From: Eledone cirrhosa
Taxonomy: Eukaryota
Assembly (NCBI GenBank): GCA_964016885.1
Contig: OZ024758.1
Coordinates: 35,030,001 to 35,094,000, forward strand
Direction: 5' to 3'
Length of the DNA stretch: 64,000 nt
Shown: one piece after another, positions 38,101 through 51,600 of the stretch
Layout of the letters: each line of letters opens with the position of its first letter
Position numbering within the stretch: position 1 is the stretch's first letter
Made by a program: the position numbers and the translations under genes
The notes under the pieces: generated by a model
Database searches by the model: none
What the model saw: the letters and a program-made list of their open reading frames with translations, nothing else
What the model was told of the DNA's origin: nothing

Positions 38101-41100
38101 TACTAGCTGTCAGAAGTAACTCCAATGTTGGTGAGAATTCATTTAAGTTCATGGTATTAGCTGTCAGAAGGAACTCCACTGTTGGTGAGAATTCATTTAA
38201 GTTCATGGTATTAGCTGTCAGAAGTAACTCCACTGTTGGTGAGAATTCATTTAAGTTCATGGTACTAGCTGTCAGAAGTAACTCCAATGTTGGTGAGAAT
38301 TCATTTAAGTTCATGGTATTAGCTGTCAGAAGTAACTCCACTGTTGGTGAGAATTCATTTAAGTTCAAGGTATTAGTTTGTCAGAAGTAACTCCACTGTT
38401 GGTGAGAATTCATTTAAGTCATGGTATTAGTTGTCAGAAGTAACTCCAATGTTGGTGAGAATTCATTTAAGTCATGTTACTAGCTGTCAGAAGTAACTCC
38501 AATGTTGGTGAGAATTCATTTAAGTTCATGGTATTAGCTGTCAGAAGGAACTCCACTGTTGGTGAGAATTCATTTAAGTTCATGGTATTAGCTGTCAGAA
38601 GTAACTCCACTGTTGGTGAGAATTCATTTAAGTTCATGGTACTAGCTGTCAGAAGTAACTCCAATGTTGGTGAGAATTCATTTAAGTTCATGGTATTAGC
38701 TGTCAGAAGTAACTCCACTGTTGGTGAGAATCCATTTAAGTCATGGTATTAGCTGTCAGAAGTAACTCCAATGTTGGTGAGAATTCATTTAAGTTCATGG
38801 TATTAGCTGTCAGAAGTAACTCCACTGTTGGTGAGAATTCATTTAAGTTCATGGTACTAGCTGTCAGAAGAAACTCCACTGTTGGTGAGAATTCATTTAA
38901 GTTCATGGTATTAGTTTGTCAGAAGTAACTCCACTGTTGGTGAGAATTCATTTAAGTTCATGGTATTAGCTGTCAGAAGGAACGCCACTGTTGGTGATAA
39001 TTCATTTAAGTTCATGGTACTAGCTGTCAGAAGTAACTCCAATGTTGGTGAGAATTCATTTAAGTTCAAGGTATTAGTTTGTCAGAAGTAACTCCACTGT
39101 TGGTGAGAATTCATTTAAGTCATGGTATTAGTTGTCAGAAGTAACTCCAATGTTGGTGAGAATTCATTTAAGTCATGTTACTAGCTGTCAGAAGTAACTC
39201 CAATGTTGGTGAGAATTCATTTAAGTTCATGGTATTAGCTGTCAGAAGGAACTCCACTGTTGGTGAGAATTCATTTAAGTTCATGGTATTAGCTGTCAGA
39301 AGTAACTCCACTGTTGGTGAGAATTCATTTAAGTTCATGGTACTAGCTGTCAGAAGTAACTCCAATGTTGGTGAGAATTCATTTAAGTTCATGGTATTAG
39401 CTGTCAGAAGTAACTCCACTGTTGGTGAGAATCCATTTAAGTCATGGTATTAGCTGTCAGAAGTAACTCCAATGTTGGTGAGAATTCATTTAAGTTCATG
39501 GTATTAGCTGTCAGAAGTAACTCCACTGTTGGTGAGAATTCATTTAAGTTCATGGTACTAGCTGTCAGAAGAAACTCCACTGTTGGTGAGAATTCATTTA
39601 AGTTCATGGTATTAGTTTGTCAGAAGTAACTCCACTGTTGGTGAGAATTCATTTAAGTTCATGGTATTAGCTGTCAGAAGGAACGCCACTGTTGGTGATA
39701 ATTCATTTAAGTTCATGGTACTAGCTGTCAGAAGTAACTCCACTGTTGGTGAGAATTCATTTAAGTTCATGGTACTAGCTGTCAGAAGTAACTCCAATGT
39801 TGGTGAGAATTCATTTAAGTTCATGGTATTAGCTGTCAGAAGGAACTCCACTGTTGGTGAGAATTCATTTAAGTTCATGGTATTACCTGTCAGAAGTAAC
39901 TCCACTGTTGGTGAAAATTCATTTAAGTTCATGGTACTAGTTGTCAGAAGTAACTCCACTGTTGGTGAGAATTCATTTAAGTTCATGGTATTAGTTGTCA
40001 GAAGTAACTCCACTGTTGGTGAGAATTCATTAAGTCATGGTATTAGTTGTCAGAAGTAACTCCAATGTTGGTGAGAATTCATTTAAGTTCATGGTACTAG
40101 CTGTCAGAAGTAACTCCACTGTTGGTGAGAATTCATTTAAGTTCATGGTATTAGCTGTCAGAAGTAACTCCACTGTTGGTGAGAATTCATTTAAGTCATG
40201 GTATTAGCTGTCAGAAGTAACTCCATTGTTGGTGAGAATTCATTTAAGTCATGGTACTAGCTGTCAGAAGTAACTCCACTGTTGGTGAAAATTCATTTAA
40301 GTTCATGGTATTAGCTGTCAGAAGGAACTCCACTGTTGTTGAGAATTTATTTAAGTTCATGGTACTAGCTGTCAGAAGTAACTCCACTGTTGGTGAGAAT
40401 TCATTTAAGTTCATGGTATTAGTTTGTCAGAAGTAACTCCACTGTTGGTGAGAATTCATTTAAGTCATGGTATTAATTGTCAGAAGTAACTCCAATGTTG
40501 GTGAGAATTCATTTAAGTCATGGTACTAGCTGTCAGAAGTAACTCCAATGTTGGTGAGAATTCATTTAAGTTCATGGTATTAGCTGTCAGAAGGAACTCC
40601 ACTGTTGGTGAGAATTCATTTAAGTTCATGGTATTAGCTGTCAGAAGTAACTCCACTGTTGGTGAGAATTCATTTAAGTTCATGGTACTAGCTGTCAGAA
40701 GTAACTCCAATGTTGGTGAGAATTCATTTAAGTTCATGGTATTAGCTGTCAGAAGTAACTCCACTGTTGGTGAGAATTCATTTAAGTTCAAGGTATTAGT
40801 TTGTCAGAAGTAACTCCACTGTTGGTGAGAATTCATTTAAGTCATGGTATTAGTTGTCAGAAGTAACTCCAATGTTGGTGAGAATTCATTTAAGTCATGT
40901 TACTAGCTGTCAGAAGTAACTCCAATGTTGGTGAGAATTCATTTAAGTTCATGGTATTAGCTGTCAGAAGGAACTCCACTGTTGGTGAGAATTCATTTAA
41001 GTTCATGGTATTAGCTGTCAGAAGTAACTCCACTGTTGGTGAGAATTCATTTAAGTTCATGGTACTAGCTGTCAGAAGTAACTCCAATGTTGGTGAGAAT

Positions 41101-41560
41101 TCATTTAAGTTCATGGTATTAGCTGTCAGAAGTAACTCCACTGTTGGTGAGAATCCATTTAAGTCATGGTATTAGCTGTCAGAAGTAACTCCAATGTTGG
41201 TGAGAATTCATTTAAGTTCATGGTATTAGCTGTCAGAAGTAACTCCACTGTTGGTGAGAATTCATTTAAGTTCATGGTACTAGCTGTCAGAAGAAACTCC
41301 ACTGTTGGTGAGAATTCATTTAAGTTCATGGTATTAGTTTGTCAGAAGTAACTCCACTGTTGGTGAGAATTCATTTAAGTTCATGGTATTAGCTGTCAGA
41401 AGGAACGCCACTGTTGGTGATAATTCATTTAAGTTCATGGTACTAGCTGTCAGAAGTAACTCCACTGTTGGTGAGAATTCATTTAAGTTCATGGTACTAG
41501 CTGTCAGAAGTAACTCCAATGTTGGTGAGAATTCATTTAAGTTCATGGTATTAGCTGTCA
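34700..41560. repeat. Higher-order repeat, ~3 copies, periods 2583 and 2423 bp, with a nested 701-bp (13-monomer) duplication
   Basis: ORFs recur at 35245/37828/40251, 35514/38097/40520 and 35891/38474/40897. Nested pairs 35891/36592 and 38474/39175 are 701 apart. Markers are CATGTTAC, TTCAAGG, AGAAGAAAC and GTTGTTGAGAATTTA. Confidence 0.9.
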
Positions 41561-41949
41561 GAAGGAATTCCACTGTTGGTGAGAATTCATTTAAGTTCAT
41601 GGTATTAGCTGTCAGAAGTAACTCCATTGTTGGTGAGAATTCATTTAAGTCATGGTACTAGCTGTCAGAAGTAACTCCACTGTTGGTGAGAATTCATTTA
41701 AGTTCATGGTATTAGTTTGTCAGAAGTAACTCCACTGTTGGTGAGAATTCATTTAAGTCATGGTATTAGTTGTCAGAAGTAACTCCAATGTTGGTGAGAA
41801 TTCATTTAAGTTCATGGTACTAGCTGTCAGAAGTAACTCCATTGTTGGTGAGAATTCATTTAAGTTCATGGTACTAGCTGTCAGAAGTAACTCCACTGTT
41901 GGTGAGAATTCATTTAAGTTCATGGTATTAGTTTGTCAGAAGTAACTCC

Positions 41950-44900
41950 ACTGTTGGTGAGAATTCATTTAAGTCATGGTATTAGTTGTCAGAAGTAAAT
42001 CCAATGTTGGTGAGAATTCATTTAAGTCATGGTACTAGCTGTCAAAAGTAACTCCAATGTTGGTGAGAATTCATTTAAGTTCATGGTATTAGCTGTCAGA
42101 AGGAACTCCACTGTTGGTGAGAATTCATTTAAGTTCATGGTATTAGCTGTCAGAAGTAACTCCACTGTTGGTGAGAATTCATTTAAGTTCATGGTACTAG
42201 CTGTCAGAAGTAACTCCAATGTTGGTGAGAATTCATTTAAGTTCATGGTATTAGCTGTCAGAAGTAACTCCACTGTTGGTGAGAATTCATTTAAGTCATG
42301 GTATTAGCTGTCAGAAGTAACTCCAATGTTGGTGAGAATTCATTTAAGTTCATGGTATTAGCTGTCAGAAGGAACTCCACTGTTGGTGAGAATTCATTTA
42401 AGTTCATGGTATTAGCTGTCAGAAGTAACTCCACTGTTGGTGAGAATTCATTTAAGTTCATGGTACTAGCTGTCAGAAGTAACTCCACTGTTGGTGAGAA
42501 TTCATTTAAGTTCATGGTATTAGCTGTCAGAAGTAACTCCAATGTTGGTGAGAATTCATTTAAGTTCATGGTATTAGCCGTCAGAAGTAACTCCACTGTT
42601 GGTGAGAATTCATTTAAGTTCATGGTATTAGCTGTCAGAAGTAACTCCACTGTTGATGAGAATTCATTTAAGTTCATGGTATTAGCTGTCAGAAGTAACT
42701 CCATTGTTGGTGAGAATTCATTTAAGTCATGGTACTAGCTGTCAGAAGTAACTCCACTGTTGGTGAGAATTCATTTAAGTTCATGGTATTAGTTTGTCAG
42801 AAGTAACTCCACTGTTGGTGAGAATTCATTTAAGTCGTGGTATTAATTGTCAGAAGTAACTCCAATGTTGGTGAGAATTCATTTAAGTCATGGTACTAGC
42901 TGTCAGAAGTAACTCCAATGTTGGTGAGAATTCATTTAAGTTCATGGTATTAGCTGTCAGAAGGAACTCCACTGTTGGTGAGAATTCATTTAAGTTCATG
43001 GTATTAGCTGTCAGAAGTAACTCCACTGTTGGTGAGAATTCATTTAAGTTCATGGTACTAGCTGTCAGAAGTAACTCCAATGTTGGTGAGAATTCATTTA
43101 AGTTCATGGTATTAGCTGTCAGAAGTAACTCCACTGTTGGTGAGAATTCATTAAGTCATGGTATTAGTTGTCAGAAGTAACTCCAATGTTGGTGAGAATT
43201 CATTTAAGTTCATGGTACTAGCTGTCAGAAGTAACTCCACTGTTGGTGAGAATTCATTTAAGTTCATGGTATTAGCTGTCAGAAGTAACTCCACTGTTGG
43301 TGAGAATTAATTTAAGTCATGGTATTAGCTGTCAGAAGTAACTCCATTGTTGGTGAGAATTCATTTAAGTCATGGTACTAGTTGTCAGAAGTAACTCCAC
43401 TGTTGGTGAGAATTCATTTAAGTTCATGGTATTAGCTGTCACAAGGAACTCCACTGTTGTTGAGAATTCATTTAAGTTCATGGTATTAGCTGTAAGAAGT
43501 AACTCCACTGTTGGTGAGAATTCATTTAAGTTCATGGTACTAGCTGTCAGAAGTAACTCCAATGTTGGTGAGAATTCATTTAAGTTCATGGTATTAGCTG
43601 TCAGAAGTAACTCCACTGTTGGTGAGAATTCATTTAAGTCATGGTATTAGCTGTCAGAAGTAACTCCAATGTTGGTGAGAATTCATTTAAGTTCATGGTA
43701 TTAGCTGTCAGAAGTAACTCCACTGTTGGTGAGAATTCATTTAAGTTCATGGTATTAGCTGTCAGAAGTAACTCCACTGTTGGTGAGAATTCATTTAAGT
43801 TCATTGTACTAGCTGTCAGAAATAACTCCACTGTTGGTGAGAATTCATTTAAGTTCATGGTATTAGTTTGTCAGAAGTAACTCCACTGTTGGTGAGAATT
43901 CATTTAAGTCATGGTATTAGTGGTCAGAAGTAACTCCAATGTTGGTGAGAATTCATTTAAGTTCATGGTACTAGCTGTCAGAAGTAACTCCACTGTTGGT
44001 GAGAATTCATTTAAGTTCATGGTATTAGCTGTCAGAAGTAACTCCACTGTTGGTGAGAATTCATTTAAGTCATGGTATTAGCTGTCAGAAGTAACTCCAT
44101 TGTTGGTGAGAATTCATTTAAGTCATGGTACTAGCTGTCAGAAGTAACTCCACTGTTGGTGAGAATTCATTTAAGTTCATGGTATTAGTTTGTCAGAAGT
44201 AACTCCACTGTTGGTGAGAATTCATTTAAGTCATGGTATTAGTTGTCAGAAGTAAATCCAATGTTGGTGAGAATTCATTTAAGTCATGGTACTAGCTGTC
44301 AGAAGTAACTCCAATGTTGGTGAGAATTCATTTATGTTCATGGTATTAGCTGTCAGAAGGAACTCCACTGTTGGTGAGAATTCATTTAAGTTCATGGTAT
44401 TAGCTGTCAGAAGTAACTCCACTGTTGGTGAGAATTCATTTAAGTTCATGGTACTAGCTGTCAGAAGTAACTCCAATGTTGGTGAGAATTCATTTAAGTT
44501 CATGGTATTAGCTGTCAGAAGTAACTCCACTGTTGGTGAGAATTCATTTAAGTCATGGTATTAGCTGTCAGAAGTAACTCCAATGTTGGTGAGAATTCAT
44601 TTAAGTTCATGGTATTAGCTGTCAGAAGGAACTCCACTGTTGGTGAGAATTCATTTAAGTTCATGGTATTAGCTGTCAGAAGTAACTCCACTGTTGGTGA
44701 GAATTCATTTAAGTTCATGGTACTAGCTGTCAGAAGTAACTCCACTGTTGGTGAGAATTCATTTAAGTTCATGGTATTAGCTGTCAGAAGTAACTCCAAT
44801 GTTGGTGAGAATTCATTTAAGTTCATGGTATTAGCCGTCAGAAGTAACTCCACTGTTGGTGAGAATTCATTTAAGTTCATGGTATTAGCTGTCAGAAGTA

Positions 44901-47900
44901 ACTCCACTGTTGATGAGAATTCATTTAAGTTCATGGTATTAGCTGTCAGAAGTAACTCCATTGTTGGTGAGAATTCATTTAAGTCATGGTACTAGCTGTC
45001 AGAAGTAACTCCACTGTTGGTGAGAATTGATTTAAGTTCATGGTATTAGTTTGTCAGAAGTAACTCCACTGTTGGTGAGAATTCATTTAAGTCATGGTAT
45101 TAATTGTCAGAATTAACTCCAATGTTGGTGAGAATTCATTTAAGTCATGGTACTAGCTGTCAGAAGTAACTCCAATGTTGGTGAGAATTCATTTAAGTTC
45201 ATGGTATTAGCTGTCAGAAGGAACTCCACTGTTGGTGAGAATTCATTTAAGTTCATGGTATTAGCTGTCAGAAGTAACTCCACTATTGGTGAGAATTCAT
45301 TTAAGTTCATGGTACTAGCTGTCAGAAGTAACTCCAATGTTGGTGAGAATTCATTTAAGTTCATGGTATTAGCTGTCAGAAGTAACTCCACTGTTGGTGA
45401 GAATTCATTAAGTCATGGTATTAGTTGTCAGAAGTAACTCCAATGTTGGTGAGAATTCATTTAAGTTCATGGTACTAGCTGTCAGAAGTAACTCCACTGT
45501 TGGTGAGAATTCATTTAAGTTCATGGTATTAGCTGTCAGAAGTAACTCCACTGTTGGTGAGAATTAATTTAAGTCATGGTATTAGCTGTCAGAAGTAACT
45601 CCATTGTTGGTGAGAATTCATTTAAGTCATGGTACTAGCTGTCAGAAGTAACTCCACTGTTGGTGAGAATTCATTTAAGTTCATGGTATTAGCTGCCACA
45701 AGGAACTCCACTGTTGTTGAGAATTTATTTAAGTTCATGGTACTAGCTGTCAGAAGTAACTCCACTGTTGGTGAGAATTCATTTAAGTTCATGGTATTAG
45801 TTTGTCAGAAGTAACTCCACTGTTGGTGAGAATTCATTTAAGTCATGGTATTAGTGGTCAGAAGTAACTCCAATGTTGGTGAGAATTCATTTAAGTTCAT
45901 GGTACTAGCTGTCAGAAGTAACTCCACTGTTGGTGAGAATTCATTTAAGTTCATGGTACTAGCTGTCAGAAGTAACTCCATTGTTGGTGAGAATTCATTT
46001 AAGTTCATGGTACTAGCTGTCAGAAGTAACTCCACTGTTGGTGAGAATTCATTTAAGTTCATGGTATTAGTTTGTCAGAAGTAACTCCACTGTTGGTGAG
46101 AATTCATTTAAGTCATGGTATTAGCTGTCAGAAGTAACTCCAATGTTGGTGAGAATTCATTTAAGTTCATGGTATTAGCTGTCAGAAGGAACTCCACTGT
46201 TGGTGAGAATTCATTTAAGTTCATGGTATTAGCTGTCAGAAGTAACTCCACTGTTGGTGAGAATTCATTTAAGTTCATGGTACTAGCTGTCAGAAGTAAC
46301 TCCACTGTTGGTGAGAATTCATTTAAGTTCATGGTATTAGCTGTCAGAAGTAACTCCAATGTTGGTGAGAATTCATTTAAGTTCATGGTATTAGCTGTCA
46401 GAAGTAACTCCACTGTTGGTGAGAATTCATTTAAGTCATGGTATTAGCTGTCAGAAGTAACTCCAATGTTGGTGAGAATTCATTTAAGTTCATGGTATTA
46501 GCTGTCAGAAGGAACTCCACTGTTGGTGAGAATTCATTTAAGTTCATGGTATTAGCTGTCAGAAGTAACTCCACTGTTGGTGAGAATTCATTTAAGTTCA
46601 TGGTACTAGCTGTCAGAAGTAACTCCACTGTTGGTGAGAATTCATTTAAGTTCATGGTATTAGCTGTCAGAAGTAACTCCAATGTTGGTGAGAATTCATT
46701 TAAGTTCATGGTATTAGCCGTCAGAAGTAACTCCACTGTTGGTGAGAATTCATTTAAGTTCATGGTATTAGCTGTCAGAAGTAACTCCACTGTTGATGAG
46801 AATTCATTTAAGTTCATGGTATTAGCTGTCAGAAGTAACTCCATTGTTGGTGAGAATTCATTTAAGTCATGGTACTAGCTGTCAGAAGTAACTCCACTGT
46901 TGGTGAGAATTGATTTAAGTTCATGGTATTAGTTTGTCAGAAGTAACTCCACTGTTGGTGAGAATTCATTTAAGTCATGGTATTAATTGTCAGAATTAAC
47001 TCCAATGTTGGTGAGAATTCATTTAAGTCATGGTACTAGCTGTCAGAAGTAACTCCAATGTTGGTGAGAATTCATTTAAGTTCATGGTATTAGCTGTCAG
47101 AAGGAACTCCACTGTTGGTGAGAATTCATTTAAGTTCATGGTATTAGCTGTCAGAAGTAACTCCACTATTGGTGAGAATTCATTTAAGTTCATGGTACTA
47201 GCTGTCAGAAGTAACTCCAATGTTGGTGAGAATTCATTTAAGTTCATGGTATTAGCTGTCAGAAGTAACTCCACTGTTGGTGAGAATTCATTAAGTCATG
47301 GTATTAGTTGTCAGAAGTAACTCCAATGTTGGTGAGAATTCATTTAAGTTCATGGTACTAGCTGTCAGAAGTAACTCCACTGTTGGTGAGAATTCATTTA
47401 AGTTCATGGTATTAGCTGTCAGAAGTAACTCCACTGTTGGTGAGAATTAATTTAAGTCATGGTATTAGCTGTCAGAAGTAACTCCATTGTTGGTGAGAAT
47501 TCATTTAAGTCATGGTACTAGCTGTCAGAAGTAACTCCACTGTTGGTGAGAATTCATTTAAGTTCATGGTATTAGCTGCCACAAGGAACTCCACTGTTGT
47601 TGAGAATTTATTTAAGTTCATGGTACTAGCTGTCAGAAGTAACTCCACTGTTGGTGAGAATTCATTTAAGTTCATGGTATTAGTTTGTCAGAAGTAACTC
47701 CACTGTTGGTGAGAATTCATTTAAGTCATGGTATTAGTGGTCAGAAGTAACTCCAATGTTGGTGAGAATTCATTTAAGTTCATGGTACTAGCTGTCAGAA
47801 GTAACTCCACTGTTGGTGAGAATTCATTTAAGTTCATGGTACTAGCTGTCAGAAGTAACTCCATTGTTGGTGAGAATTCATTTAAGTTCATGGTACTAGC

Positions 47901-50900
47901 TGTCAGAAGTAACTCCACTGTTGGTGAGAATTCATTTAAGTTCATGGTATTAGTTTGTCAGAAGTAACTCCACTGTTGGTGAGAATTCATTTAAGTCATG
48001 GTATTAGCTGTCAGAAGTAACTCCAATGTTGGTGAGAATTCATTTAAGTTCATGGTATTAGCTGTCAGAAGGAACTCCACTGTTGGTGAGAATTCATTTA
48101 AGTTCATGGTATTAGCTGTCAGAAGTAACTCCACTGTTGGTGAGAATTCATTTAAGTTCATGGTACTAGCTGTCAGAAGTAACTCCACTGTTGGTGAGAA
48201 TTCATTTAAGTTCATGGTATTAGCTGTCAGAAGTAACTCCAATGTTGGTGAGAATTCATTTAAGTTCATGGTATTAGCCGTCAGAAGTAACTCCACTGTT
48301 GGTGAGAATTCATTTAAGTTCATGGTATTAGCTGTCAGAAGTAACTCCACTATTGATGAGAATTCATTTAAGTTCATGGTATTAGCTGTCAGAAGTAACT
48401 CCATTGTTGGTGAGAATTCATTTAAGTCATGGTACTAGCTGTCAGAAGTAACTCCACTGTTGGTGAGAATTCATTTAAGTTCATGGTATTAGTTTGTCAG
48501 AAGTAACTCCACTGTTGGTGAGAATTCATTTAAGTCGTGGTATTAATTGTCAGAAGTAACTCCAATGTTGGTGAGAATTCATTTAAGTCATGGTACTAGC
48601 TGTCAGAAGTAACTCCAATGTTGGTGAGAATTCATTTAAGTTCATGGTATTAGCTGTCAGAAGGAACTCCACTGTTGGTGAGAATTCATTTAAGTTCATG
48701 GTATTAGCTGTCAGAAGTAACTCCACTGTTGGTGAGAATTCATTTAAGTTCATGGTACTAGCTGTCAGAAGTAACTCCAATGTTGGTGAGAATTCATTTA
48801 AGTTCATGGTATTAGCTGTCAGAAGTAACTCCACTGATGGTGAGAATTCATTAAGTCATGGTATTAGTTGTAAGAAGTAACTCCAATGTTGGTGAGAATT
48901 CATTTAAGTTCATGGTACTAGCTGTCAGAAGTAACTCCACTGTTGGTGAGAATTCATTTAAGTTCATGGTATTAGTTTGTCAGAAGTAACTCCACTGTTG
49001 GTGAGAATTTATTTAAGTCATGGTATTAATTGTCAGAAGTAACTCCAATGTTGGTGAGAATTCATTTAAGTCATGGTACTAGCTGTCAGAAGAAACTCCA
49101 ATGTTGGTGAGAATTCATTTAAGTTCATGGTATTAGCTGTCAGAAGGAACTCCACTGTTGGTGAGAATTCATTTAAGTTCATGGTATTAGCTGTAAGAAG
49201 TAACTCCACTGTTGGTGAGAATTCATTTAAGTTCATGGTACTAGCTGTCAGAAGTAACTCCAATGTTGGTGAGAATTCATTTAAGTTCATGGTATTAGCT
49301 GTCAGAAGTAACTCCACTGTTGGTGAGAATTCATTTAAGTCATGGTATTAGCTGTCAGAAGTAACTCCAATGTTGGTGAGAATTCATTTAAGTTCATGGT
49401 ATTAGCTGTCAGAAGTAACTCCACTGTTGGTGAGAATTCATTTAAGTTCATGGTATTAGCTGTCAGAAGTAACTCCACTGTTGGTGAGAATTCATTTAAG
49501 TTCATTGTACTAGCTGTCAGAAATAACTCCACTGTTGGTGAGAATTCATTTAAGTTCATGGTATTAGTTTGTCAGAAGTAACTCCACTGTTGGTGAGAAT
49601 TCATTTAAGTCATGGTATTAGTGGTCAGAAGTAACTCCAATGTTGGTGAGAATTCATTTAAGTTCATGGTACTAGCTGTCAGAAGTAACTCCACTGTTGG
49701 TGAGAATTCATTTAAGTTCATGGTATTAGCTGTCAGAAGTAACTCCACTGTTGGTGAGAATTCATTTAAGTCATGGTATTAGCTGTCAGAAGTAACTCCA
49801 TTGTTGGTGAGAATTCATTTAAGTCATGGTACTAGCTGTCAGAAGTAACTCCACTGTTGGTGAGAATTCATTTAAGTTCATGGTATTAGTTTGTCAGAAG
49901 TAACTCCACTGTTGGTGAGAATTCATTTAAGTCATGGTATTAGTTGTCAGAAGTAAATCCAATGTTGGTGAGAATTCATTTAAGTCATGGTACTAGCTGT
50001 CAGAAGTAACTCCAATGTTGGTGAGAATTCATTTATGTTCATGGTATTAGCTGTCAGAAGGAACTCCACTGTTGGTGAGAATTCATTTAAGTTCATGGTA
50101 TTAGCTGTCAGAAGTAACTCCACTGTTGGTGAGAATTCATTTAAGTTCATGGTACTAGCTGTCAGAAGTAACTCCAATGTTGGTGAGAATTCATTTAAGT
50201 TCATGGTATTAGCTGTCAGAAGTAACTCCACGGTTGGTGAGAATTCATTTAAGTCATGGTATTAGCTGTCAGAAGTAACTCCAATGTTGGTGAGAATTCA
50301 TTTAAGTTCATGGTATTAGCTGTCAGAAGGAACTCCACTGTTGGTGAGAATTCATTTAAGTTCATGGTATTAGCTGTCAGAAGTAACTCCACTGTTGGTG
50401 AGAATTCATTTAAGTTCATGGTACTAGCTGTCAGAAGTAACTCCACTGTTGGTGAGAATTCATTTAAGTTCATGGTATTAGCTGTCAGAAGTAACTCCAA
50501 TGTTGGTGAGAATTCATTTAAGTTCATGGTATTAGCCGTCAGAAGTAACTCCACTGTTGGTGAGAATTCATTTAAGTTCATGGTATTAGCTGTCAGAAGT
50601 AACTCCACTGTTGATGAGAATTCATTTAAGTTCATGGTATTAGCTGTCAGAAGTAACTCCATTGTTGGTGAGAATTCATTTAAGTCATGGTACTAGCTGT
50701 CAGAAGTAACTCCACTGTTGGTGAGAATTGATTTAAGTTCATGGTATTAGTTTGTCAGAAGTAACTCCACTGTTGGTGAGAATTCATTTAAGTCATGGTA
50801 TTAATTGTCAGAAGTAACTCCAATGTTGGTGAGAATTCATTTAAGTCATGGTACTAGCTGTCAGAAGTAACTCCAATGTTGGTGAGAATTCATTTAAGTT

Positions 50901-51600
50901 CATGGTATTAGCTGTCAGAAGGAACTCCACTGTTGGTGAGAATTCATTTAAGTTCATGGTATTAGCTGTCAGAAGTAACTCCACTATTGGTGAGAATTCA
51001 TTTAAGTTCATGGTACTAGCTGTCAGAAGTAACTCCAATGTTGGTGAGAATTCATTTAAGTTCATGGTATTAGCTGTCAGAAGTAACTCCACTGTTGGTG
51101 AGAATTCATTAAGTCATGGTATTAGTTGTCAGAAGTAACTCCAATGTTGGTGAGAATTCATTTAAGTTCATGGTACTAGCTGTCAGAAGTAACTCCACTG
51201 TTGGTGAGAATTCATTTAAGTTCATGGTATTAGCTGTCAGAAGTAACTCCACTGTTGGTGAGAATTAATTTAAGTCATGGTATTAGCTGTCAGAAGTAAC
51301 TCCATTGTTGGTGAGAATTCATTTAAGTCATGGTACTAGCTGTCAGAAGTAACTACACTGTTGGTGAGAATTCATTTAAGTTCATGGTATTAGCTGCCAC
51401 AAGGAACTCCACTGTTGTTGAGAATTTATTTAAGTTCATGGTACTAGCTGTCAGAAGTAACTCCACTGTTGGTGAGAATTCATTTAAGTTCAGGGTATTA
51501 GATTGTCAGAAGTAACTCCACTGTTGGTGAGAATTCATTTAAGTCATGGTATTAGTGGTCAGAAGTAACTCCAATGTTGGTGAGAATTCATTTAAGTTCA
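41950..51600. repeat. Variable higher-order repeat marked by TAGCCGTC (spacings 2257, 1883, 1560, 2258 bp; long-range offset 5700/5701)
   Basis: TAGCCGTC lies at 42579, 44836, 46719, 48279 and 50537. AAGTCGTGG lies at 42837/48537 and GAATTGATT at 45029/46912/50730. ORFs 43641/49342, 44286/49987 and 45147/50848 are 5701 apart. Confidence 0.88.
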
